Below, in pieces: positions 46,501 to 58,500 of a stretch of DNA of 64,000 nt (position 1 is its first letter; each line of letters begins with the position of its first letter). The stretch covers positions 1-64,000 of the forward strand of contig NIVC01003077.1 of NCBI GenBank assembly GCA_002269645.1, written 5' to 3'. The notes under the pieces were generated by a model. That model searched no databases and had not been told where the DNA came from. It was given only the letters and a program-made list of their open reading frames with translations. The position numbers were made by a program, and so were the translations under genes. The DNA comes from Macrostomum lignano (taxonomy: Eukaryota).

Positions 46501-49500
46501 CAAGAGGAACTACCAGCCGATGCTACAACAACTGAAGTTTCTGCCGTCGAAGAGATTCAATTAGAATCTGAGGAGACTACCGATGCGCAAGCGACTTCTA
46601 CGATGCAACAAGCTCAGCAGTACCAAACTCAAGAGGTCGCTGAAGACTTCTCACTAGAAGATGCTTCGACAGAAACCGAACAGAAGCACGAAGAGCCCGT
46701 TGCCGCTGAGCCAGTAGAAGTGGAAGAAGTCAAAGGCGATAAGAGCGTCCAGCTTCAGCCGACCAGTACAACCGAGCAAGAAGAGGCTCTCCCGATAGAG
46801 GAAGTCGGAGACATGGAGGCGAAGAAGCCGCTGCTTGTAAAAGAAGACAAAGAAGAAGTTCCAGAGGAGTCTCTGGTAGAGCAGCAGCTGCAGGAGATGC
46901 AGGTAAAACCCGCTGAAACAGGTGCATCTGCCGACACAGCTCCAAAAGCAAAAGCTCAAGAGGTCCGAGCGGCTAGCCTCCAAGAGCCGATGGAACAAGA
47001 AATGGCTCAGGACATCACTGTGTCTGACGACTCCGACTTTATTGACTCAGACTTTGAAGAGGTAAAGGTTGAGTCAGACATGGGCCAGGAGTCAGTGACC
47101 AAGATGCTTCTGGAGCAGCAGAGCCTGCTGCAAATAGCTTGCGTCGACGATTCCGAACGGCTTCAATCTCTGCCAGAAGCATCCAGCGATCAGCCAGAGG
47201 TGGCTGCTGTCGATGAGATCGCCATGACTGAGAAGCCGGAAGTCAGTGCGCAGCAGCCGGATGTCTTGGAGGCGCCAAAACCAAAACTGTTTGTCACACA
47301 AGAGCTCAAATCTGTTGAGGTGTTTGAGACAATGGACATCCTACTCGAGTGCGCGGTGACCGACCTACCGCAGCTGAGCGTGGCCTGGTTTCAGGTAAGC
47401 AATATCTAAAGCCGAACTGTTTTCTAACTAGTTTCTTTGACCTAGAACGTTTTTAATAAAGCAGCGTCAAACTTGCACTCCAATAATGCAGAATGAAATG
47501 CCAGTGAAAGCGGATAGCCGTCACTCCGCTTTTTACACTGCGGGCGTGTGCTCGCTGCAGATTGTATCAGCCACCGCTGACGACTCTGGTGTGTACAAGG
47601 TTAAAGTGTCCGCCGAAACGGGAGAGAGTGTGTCCACCAGTGCCGAAGTTCAAGTTATGAGTGAGTACTTTGCTGTTTTTACAAACTCCGGTCAAGGTCT
47701 TCTAGGCGTATTAGTTTCTACAGCAATAGGGTACTATCTAGAAAATTTCGTATGCTCGTAAAGAATTAGCTGAATTTCCTTGAAGGTCTACGCGACTGCG
47801 AATTGCACGAGGACATTGTCATCACGGAGCGTCGAATTTACTACTATTGGGACGCCAGGCATCATCGCACAGAGTGTCATAACTAATAGCTATTAACTAG
47901 CAATGCTGCTCATTTATTGTATTCTCGTGCACATTGGCAATGCTATTTGGCAGCTCGGCACTGTTTATTCTGTACTTTTGTCACATCGCACATTAGATGG
48001 AAAATTTATCGATTTTCTGTACCGCGAATATTTAGACTTTCGTTTATTAGTTGCACTTGTTGCTCTCAGCTCAGTGAGAAGCTCAAGCCCCAAAAACTGA
48101 TGGCTGGCGGCATCGCGCTTTCGCCAATAGTTCTCAGAATCGTTGATCAACCCTCTGCCAACAAATTCATTGCAGCGAAAGAGAAGCCAAAGGAGGCGCC
48201 AGAAAAGGCTCAAGGTAGGACTCCAATAAAAATTCTCGCGCACACGCCTGCATGCAAACCCGAAAGCCAGTGTATAGCAATAAATCACGGGTCGCTTTGT
48301 TTTTTCTTAGACTTCCGCCTCGAGACACAGCCAACCTGCATGCCTGCCTGGCCATCAGTTTCTTTGGCTTTTTGTAAATTAACCCCCATACTGACAAACA
48401 AACTAAGGTGTTTTAAAACACTAGCTTAGTCGCATGTACGAAACCGAAATTATTGTGCGTCCTATTATTGATTAATAAGGTAACTATGCATTGTTTGACG
48501 TGCTTTTTAAGTGTTTCGCTATCGTAAATATAGCTCGTAGTAACACTATGATAATAAAGTACCCGAATTTTCCTCAGTATCAGAGTCTTGCATGCGGCTC
48601 TATTCTTGACTCGCTATGTACGTTTTTCTCCAACCATTGTTTATCGGAGTTACTCTGGGATATAACCAGATTTTGTTTAAATTGCGCGCTCCGCATGCTC
48701 AACAAGTGTTTTAAGTAAAAAGTCGGAAAACTACTGTCAACTGAACGCCAATCAGTCATTTGGCAATCGCACATCATTTTTACGCGCAACTCAACCGACA
48801 GCATCGTTTCTGATTTGTGCGATTATTTCAATAATAACTAGGCTTTTAGTTGGTCCTCTACTGTCGTCACTGGAGCCAGTCACGGGGTGGTTAATTGCAA
48901 AGCATAGTAACAGAAAATTTGCAATCCAACTGACAGTGCTACCAGCCGAAGCCAAAGCATCCAGGCTCAAACTGCTAATTAGCGACATCGACGAAGATAC
49001 GGACTCGCTAGTGCCGAGTCCGCTGTCCTGGCGCAGTCCCGTGCCCCTCAGCTCCCTCAGCGTGACCATCAGCGATGATTTCGATCCGTTGGAGCCCGGC
49101 TTCACACAACTGCCGCCAACATATGTCAGCGTATCCTCCGGTAGCCCCGTGCAGCTGCGCTACGCCTTCCGACCAGCCAATTGTAGCGTTGTCTGGACGT
49201 TCGGCGAATCCACGCTGCCAGTAGATGTGCATATTCACACCTATCGGAGCGAAAGGTTAGATGCAGAGTCTGAGACGGTGCTGCAAGTGCAAGTTGCTCG
49301 AGCTGGAATTCACGCTGGTATCTATTGTTGCGAAATCTCGAACGACCACGGGTTCGAGTGTGCCCGCGTACAGCTGTCTGTTGCCGATCCCGGCTGGGGT
49401 GGCAACGGCAGTCTTGACTGGGAGGGTGAGGAAGTGGCCTCAATGGATTGCAGCGCGGTCACTCAAATCAGCTAACTCTTCTCGGTATAGCGTTGCATAA

Positions 49501-52500
49501 CTTATAATTGATAAAAACGTGCTTTAGTTGCCTAGAATTGCTTTTAATTAAATCAACCATTACTGATATGCGCATTAACGAGATAAATGATTGTTATTAA
49601 AAGTTGCTCGTAACAAGCTGTAGTCAATAACAACTGCGATAACTCACTTGAGTAGAAGGTATTAACTTTTTAATCTGTTTCAAAATTAGAAGTCTTCCGC
49701 GTGCGTACACGTGACGGCTTAAATAAAAAGTCTTTCTAATCCTTAATCCCCGCAGAAGAGACAATCGACGTCTCCGTTGACACGTCAGCCAAGGAGGTGC
49801 CCCAGGAGGCAGCAAAACTGTCCTTCGACGTTGACGCTGACAGCAAAGAGGCGCCAGATGAACTCGACTTCAGCGTGGACGCAGACATCCAGGCTGAGGA
49901 GCCGGAAGTTGAAGAGGAGCCAATGGCGCCGGTCAAGCAACCGGAAGTTGAAAAACGTAAGTTATTTGGATTTCGTTTCAAAGCTACTTAAAGTTTTTTT
50001 CTTGAAAGTTTTTCTTCACTTTTAAGTCTTTCATTCAAAACGGTAATAGTACTCATTAGTCCTTTTACCCGTACAATTTCTTGCTCACCATTCACAGCCC
50101 GCACGGACTTCGACGCCTCCGTGGACACCGAGGCTCGCGCCGCGCCTAAAGAATCTGCAAAGTTTACAGCCGACGTTGACGCTTCGACCACGGAGGCCAC
50201 CGAAGCCGATTTCGAAATCAGCGGCAGTGGCGAAGTCGAGGAACAGCCGCTGGCTCACGAGCAGGTCACTCTGGCCGAGGCTGAACCTGAGGAAGCCGCC
50301 GCAGATTTCTCCGCCGAGCTGGAGCCGGAACAGAGCACCGAGTCAGCTACAGCTCAGCTCAGCCAAGCGGTCGCCAAGCCCGCCCCGGTCATCCTGCAGG
50401 GCCTACAGCCGCAGACGGTTATCGAAGGTCAAACTGTTGAATTCCACGTCGGATTTGAGGCCCACGAAGAGCAAGCGGTGGTCACATGGCTCAAGGACGG
50501 CGTCAAACTCGCTCCTAGCGAGCGAATCAGCATCGAGACCCGGCCGAAGTCAACCAGCCTGCGCATTCAGGAAGCAACAAAAGAGGACATTGCGGAGTAC
50601 TCTGTGTCATTGTCGGTGGATGAGGATACGGAACCAGTTGTCTCAGAAGCACGGCTGACTGTTGAGAAGAAGGGTGAGTCATGATGAAGTTTTTCCCAGT
50701 CTGAGTTCGTACTTTAACTTCAATTCAAAAATTTGAGTTGATTATAAGCACTGATCACAAATTTACAAATTTCCTCATTTTAGACAAGCCAGCAAAGTTC
50801 ACTGACCAGTTGGTCTCAAAGACAGTCAAACTGAACGAGAAAGTGATTCTGGAGGTCAACTACGAAGGCTACCCGCAGCCGGACGTTGTCTGGACCTTCG
50901 ACGGCAAAGTAGACTGTCAGACTGACGAAAGGTATTTTTCGAAATTGAAATTTCCGATCATATAAGCAATTATTTCCTTGTTTCGAGAGTATTATTCGTT
51001 AATTGATATTTAATCGACGCTTTATGCGCAGATTCACAGTCACCGTTGACAACAACGAGCAACACGAGGACGCTTACGTGACCTACCTGAGCATAGAAAA
51101 AGCCACCGAAGAGGTCACCGGCAACTTCACTGCCACTGCGACCAACAAGGCCGGCAATGACTCCGTCAGTTGCAGCGTCAACCTCGAGGAGCTAGCGCCC
51201 AGCTTCATCAAGCCGCTGAAGAAGCCGTCTGACGGTGCCAAAGTAGACGCAGATTTCACTCTGACTTGCGAATTCGACGGTCGTCCAACGCCAAGCATCA
51301 ACTGGTACGTGAACGGTGAACTAGTAGAGACAACCAGTAAGCGCTACCGGGTGACCGTTGAGCACAGTGTCACCACGCTGACCATCTTGGGCGTATCCGA
51401 GGCCGACAATAATGTTCCAATCACCTGCGTTGCAAGAAATCGCAAAGGCGAAGCGCAGACGGATACCACGCTGCAGGTCGAGGGTGAGTTCAAGCTCGAT
51501 GATTTTTCATCAACATACGAAAGCTTTGCTTTCTATTCGAAGCGCGCGATTTATGCATGGCATGCTGCCTCCTTTGACACTCCTACTAAATTATAACTCT
51601 TATTAGGTAGTTGACACTTTTCTGATAATAACAGCATGCATCTAAATAGAGCCAACTCAATTAACTACGTAAATAAAATTAAGTGCTCATCTTTCAGTTC
51701 TCTCTGCTTGCTAATTTCTAGACCGCACAAGAATAGTTTGCATGCTGCTCCTACTGTCCTTCGCATGCCTGCTCGCTCTCCTGCTCGACCTGCTCCTGGC
51801 CTGAACGACATACCGCTGATAACGCAACTCAAACTACGATTAAAATATTCAAATTAGAATTCAAATGCCTCTGCGATAGGGCACAGAACTCGTCATATGC
51901 AATTATTTAAAGAAAAGGTATTAAATTTGTTTGAACTCTTAAATTTAGTTCAAACTTTTTTAATCAGCTAATATTTATTAAAAAGTTCAAAGTCGTTTGT
52001 TTATTAATAATAAAGTTGATGACAAACAAAAAATTCCTAAATGTTTACCTAATTTCCTTTTATTTTTTGTTTTCTAGTCCTTTCCTATTGTTTTGAATTT
52101 TATCAATAATAATTTCTTTACCTTAATAATCATCATTCAATACTACTAATCCACTTGATGAGAATTCCGATATACTTTTTTATATTTTTATTTCGCTAAA
52201 ATTAGTTTATCAAAATTAGTTAATTTATTACTTGATACCAGTAAAACATCTAAAAAATTATTATAATGGTGCTACTGACGAGTAGATCATGCCAATTGAA
52301 ACAAAACACTCGAACTGTTAACTTTGCGCGCGTCCACAATTTAGAGATTAGCTGTTTGTTTGTTCATATCGCATTGCTTGATAGTCCTCACGTTTCAGAT
52401 CTGTTTAACTGTTTCTAAAAGAATCTGTGATATTCGGCACTGAATTTTTACTGTATTCTGTCTGCTGCTCTTGTTTGACACTTTTTCAATTACTTTGTTA

Positions 52501-55500
52501 TAATATTCTGTGCATTGTATTGCACAGATCAATTGTATTTTGCTTGAGTTACGGGATAAAATATATATATCCAAATTAAATACGCATATCCCTATAGTGT
52601 GTGCCTACTATACAAAATCGCAGCTAATATTTCCTGTTTAATATTAGTTACTCGTAGACGCACATGCAGTGACATCGTGTCGTGTGCATTATGAAATTTT
52701 TTGCATATTATTGCACGCTATGTTAAATAGTGCTTTAGTAGCCCTTTGCTCGCAGATCCCAAAAGCCTCTGAATTTAAGCTTTCTGAATGAAATTCATCG
52801 ACTGTATATCGTTGAGTAGATTTTGTAGCTGGTGTTGCACTTCTAAGAAAGCGCGCTGTTCTAATTCTGCTTCTGCAGACGCTATGCGATCGTTGTAAAT
52901 ATTATAGCGCTATTCCACCTGTTCTAATAAATTAGGACGACTTTAAACTGCCACTATTAATCCGGACATCTAAGCGGCTTTAGAAGTTATGAGACACCCG
53001 GCTATTTAGCTAGTCGCAGTCTTTGGGCCCTGCAGCAAATCTGCTGATGGGTGACCCGCAGCCAGTGACGAGGCAGTTGTACTTTCCGTTGCTCATTGCC
53101 GGTTAGCCCAAGTGAATGGTACGAATACTACTCAATCCCTGGGTAATTTTCGTTCACGATGAGACTGCACGCGGAATCAAGTTCGGGGAAAGTGCATTTC
53201 GCTTGAGAGTCGGTTCCGCTCCGCTACTCAATCCCTTGTTTCAACCGTGACTACTACATGTACTATTGAGGGCTAGATGGTTTTGCTCCCCGGTACTGTT
53301 AGCGCAGTATTTTGATGTCGGAAAGCAAAATAGATTAGAGTGGTGTAGAATTTTTTTACTTTTCTGTTAAAAATCTATTGTAGTTGCCCTGCAAGATGCA
53401 ACTGGTGAGCTGCACGAATCAACTGAGCCGCAGCAGCTTGAGATGCCGCAGGAAGGCTGCACCGAGTTGGAGGACAGTGAGCCGACTCTGAGCACTATTC
53501 AACCAACCACAACGGCAGACGATTTGAACAAGGCCGAGACTAAAGTTAGTAGCTTTGAGGTCATGGGTATTGAAGAGCAGTCCGTGGAAGAAGAGCTGCT
53601 ATCTTCCGAACAGGCAGTGGGGTACCTCCGTCCGAGCAACTCGAAGTGGCTTTAACTCCTGCTGTACCTGATGCAGCTATGGCTGAATCTATGGAAGAGG
53701 CCACGACTGCGCTACCACGTCAGGACAGCACCGAAGAGGCTGCCCCGAGCGAAGGTTCCGTTTCCAGTGACGATCAGTTCTACGAGACTTCGGCAGGGTT
53801 CACAAAGTTCGAAGACGAAGTTCGCCCTGAAACTTTGTCGCAGCTGGCTGACAAAGAGTACGACTCGATAGAACAGCAAACAGTCAAGAGCAGCGAGGTA
53901 GTTGCCAAGAAAACAGCAGAACAGCTGCATTTGCTAGCGGATGAGCTCAACATCGAGCCTCACAGTCTGGACGTTATCGAATCATACGAGGAATTCACTG
54001 CGAAGAAAGAAAACAGCGAACAAACATGGTGCTATGCGACTTCCGTGATTGTCACAAAGCGCTCCAGTGTTTGCACAGAGCAGGTTGAACTTACTGGCAC
54101 TGAGGAAATTTCTGTTCGGGAAACTGAGGCTGACACTAAAAATATAGCTTCGGAATTTCTTGACGCCAAAGTGAAACAACAACCGGAAGTCAAAGAGCTG
54201 AAGGAGCACTTAGAGGAGAAAAAAATAGCAAATCAGCAGCAAGAACCACTGGAAGCAGATGAAGTGAGTGTGCCGCAGTCCTCCACAGAAGACTTCCAGA
54301 GCGAGACAACAACTGAATCGGCAGCGCAGTCTACTGAAAAAGCACATCTATTCGAAGCAAAGGCTGAGGAGCTTCCGTCGTCGGTAGCTCAAGTGCCTGC
54401 TGCGCCGGAGGAACTCGAGGCTGAAGTAACAATCGAACAAGACTTGAAACCTTCGGATCAGGCAGAAACTGCTCTTTTAGAGTCTGGTGAACCACAGCGA
54501 GGCGAGGTTACTTCTCAAGAGTCTGCCCAGGATCTTTCCGTTCCAAAAGAAGACGTAGCAAAATCAAACAAGCAAGACGAACTTGAGAGTCAAGTGCAAG
54601 ATATCAAGAAGCAACAAGCCCATGTCTCGGTCACTGCAACCGATGAAAAACTGGAGTCATCTGAGCCCCTCGAAGAGATCAAAGTTGATTCAATTGAGAA
54701 GGCAAGCTCAGAAATAGATCAAAATCTTTTGGCTGAGAAAAATTATGTGACACCTTCTAGTCAAGAAATGACATCGAGCACTGCCGAAGAAGTTGCCCAC
54801 GCTTTTGATCAGGAAGAACAAAATCTTTTGGCACCAAAAGAAGAGCAGACAGTACTGGATCAAACACGTGCCTCCCAGCCTGATTATCGTGCCGTATCGC
54901 AAGATACTTCAGATGTCGCTGAGAGTCAAGCCCAATTATTGCAAGAAGTTCAAGAACAATTGGCCACGGCTGATAGCGTTGGCGACAGTTTTATGGCTGC
55001 CGAAGTGGCCGAGAAACCATCCACCGTAACCGTAGATGCTTCAGCACTCGACGAGCACATCACTGACTCTCGGCCAGAGGTAGAGCTGCATTCTGATATC
55101 GAACAATCCCAAAAAGATGAGCAGCTTATGGCAGGCAAAGTTGAAACTGAAACTCAACTAGAAGAGACTGAGACAAGAGAGCTTGAGTTTGACATGGATG
55201 CTAGTGTCATTGAAGATAAGAAGGATAAGCTGGAGACCTCCGTGCCAACCGACATAGAAGAAACTGAAACAGCTTTACAACCGTCGAGTCCAGTTTTGAA
55301 ATTCTCAGACCAAGTTGACTCAGAAGCTAATGCCGAGTCGTTGAAAGAATTCCTTCGGAAACTGAGCTAACAGAAGAAGCTCAGGCAACCGATGTTGCTG
55401 ATGTTACTCAGAAACCGAAGCTGGAATCAGCGACTGTGCCTACTTTGACCGATTCTAGACCCGCCGCTCATAGCTTATGCGAGGTTACGGAAGAAATTTC

Positions 55501-58500
55501 TTCTCCAACTTTTGAAACCAGCGCCAGTGAAACTTGTCCAGAGCTCAAGCAAAAGAATGTAGAAGTATCCTCAGCCAAGTCTGTGGCAGAAGAAGCAGAT
55601 ACAAGTATGCTGCCAATAACGCAAAAAGAACAGCCGATTGGCGAAATTGCGTCACTAGCAAAAAGCTCCGCACAAACAGAAGTAGTCGCATCTGCTGACC
55701 AAACAGTCAAGAGAGGTCAAACCGAGCCAAGGATAGAATCCGTTGCATTCGAAAACGCTCCAATTTCTGAGCAGGATGACTTTGAGTTCAACGCTGAAAT
55801 TGAGGCTCAAACTAACGAGAGACAAACAGTCCAAGACACGGGTAAGAAGCATGCATACTCGTATAATAACTCGCTATGAGAAAGGATAAGATAGTTTAAT
55901 CATAGACTTTTATTCTTCTTTTCCTAATTGTAGCTAAAGTTTTCCTACTCGAAGATTTGAAAAAGCAAGTAGTAGCGGCCACTAATGAGGCGAAATTTGT
56001 CGCTAAAGCGAGTGGATCAGTTCAAAGTCATCACTGGCTCAAGGATGAGCATACATTGCTACCAGATGGAAGCAAGTACTTAACATCATCAACAGAAGAC
56101 AACATCTTTTCTCTGACAATATCGGATGTGCAGCCAGACGATGCTGCTGAATACACCTTAATGATAAATGATTCTGTAAAGGTATCTGCAGCATTAGAAG
56201 TACAAGGTAAACAATTTTTTATTCAAAAATTTGAATAAAGTAAAGAAAACTTGTACTTTTTATATGTGAAACTATTTATTGTACTTTTAATTATAAATTT
56301 TATCGGAATTCTACTTCCCAATCTGCTTTTATACTAACACTAACGATCTGAACTAAAATCATGCATGCAATTCAAATACAAGTCATAATTGATGAATAAG
56401 TATTTAACCAAGCATTTAAATAAAGTATAAGAAACACACTTCATTTCAGTGCCTCCCGAGTTAACCCTGCCCGAGAACTTCCGACAGGACATCACACTGC
56501 GCGCTCACACTTCACACGTTGTCGAAATTCCGTTCAAAGCGATGCCAAAGCCGACTGTAACTTGGACTTGGAAAAATGGTGAACTTCCTGACAAAAAGCG
56601 ATTTACTGTCGACTTGATTCATGGAATGACTTCTTTGAGCATGTCGAAGATTCAAAAGTCTGAAGAGGGTCCCTTCCAAGTAACCATCGAAAACGCTTGT
56701 GGGAAGGTGACTTTTACTATAAACGTTCGCGTGCTCGACAAGCCTAGTCCGCCAGTAAATCCTCGAATTGGTGACAACAATGGTGACCAGATCCTGATAG
56801 TGTGGGACAAGCCACTGGACAACGGAGGCTGTGAACCACTCACCTATACAGTGGAGAAAAAAGAAACAACAAAGATGGCTTTCATAGAAATAGGAAAGCC
56901 TGAAGAGCCTATGGAGAAGTCAGTAACGGGACTAATTATTGGAAAGTCCTACGTCTTCAGAATCGCAGCAATCAACGAAGTTGGACAGTCAGAATTCGTT
57001 CAGTTTGGACCGTTCAAGGCGACACCACCCGCTGGAATCCCATCAATCATTGACGCCCCTGTTGCAAGTGCAACGGGACAGACCACTGTCACCGTCAACT
57101 GGAAAGAGCCTACGGACCTAAAGCATCCTATAACAAACTATGTCCTTGAAATGAAGCCTGAAGCGTCTAATGACTGGGTGACTGTCAATGCCGACTTCAT
57201 CATCGACGAGCCTGCCTACGAAGTCACAAACGTCAAGGAGGATGTAGCAATTCATTTTAGAGTTGCAGCAGAAAACAAGGCAGGAAAAAGTGAGCCTTCC
57301 AGACCCAGTAACACTGTAACATGTGGAACTCCGCTGGAGTTCATCAAGCCTCTAGAAAATATGGTCGTTCGAGAGATGCCTGAGAAACTTGAGCTACAGG
57401 CTCAAACTAACAAGGACGGTAAAGACATTACCTGGACTAAGGATGGCAAGCCTTTTATTCCGGGAAAGAAGGATTCGGTTTCCACTACTGGATCTACCTA
57501 CACGCTGACATTCAACGACGTTCGCGAAGAGATCGAAGGTGTCTACACTCTGAAAGTCGACAACAAGACGACAGAGTGCAAAGTAACGTTTGAGATCAAG
57601 CCAGAGTTGAGACTGTCTGACAACTTTGTCGAACGACTGACTCTGAAAGCTGGAGCGTCCTCGGTCGTCGAGATTCCATTTGTCGCCTTGCCGAAGCCGA
57701 CTGTAACATGGAAATGGAATGGAAAGCCGTTGCCAGATTCGAAGCGATTCAAAGTCGATGTGATTCACGGAATGACGTCTCTGACGATGGCAAAAGTTCA
57801 GAAGCCAGATGAGGGACCGTTTCAGTTGGAGATCGAGAATCCGTTTGGCAAGACTTCAGTCACAGTGCACCTTGTAGTGCTCGACAAGCCAGGACCGCCT
57901 GAGAACCTCAAGATCACCGACGACATGGGAGACGTCGTAACTTTGAATTGGACTGAGCCCAAGGACAAAGGGGATACGAGAAGTCAGCTACATCGTCGAA
58001 AAGCGCGAAGCTACGAAGAAGGCGTTCACCGAGGTTGAACTGTTGATGAGCTGAAGTGTCCGATTCGGGTCTCACTATCGGTAAAAAGTACGTCATGCAC
58101 GTGTGCACCGTAAATGAGGTCGGAAAGTCCGAGTTCGTCGAAATCGGACCTCACGAAGCTACATATAAGTTCAAGCCGCCTACTGCACTGGAAGCGCCAG
58201 TTGCCAAGGTCACTGGACCAGCCGATGTGCAGGTTACGTGGAATCCTCCAAACAGCGATGGAGGCAACCCAGTGACTAACTATTTCTTGGAGATGAAGCC
58301 CGAACAGAGCTCTCAATGGGTAGCAGTCAATGCTGACTTTGTTATTCCCAAAGAGAGCCATACAGTCTCGAACGTACCGGAAGACACTGAAATCGTTTTC
58401 CGAGTGAGCGCCGAGAACAAAGCTGGTAGAAGTGAGCCTTCTCCACCTAGTAATCCAGTTGTGTGTGGAACGGCTCTTGAGTTCATCAAGCCTCTAGAAA

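Noticed and set aside
51484-53383. Cronos-like internal promoter in the long AT-rich intron
   Set aside because: The position is suggestive only; no convincing core promoter or first exon is visible.
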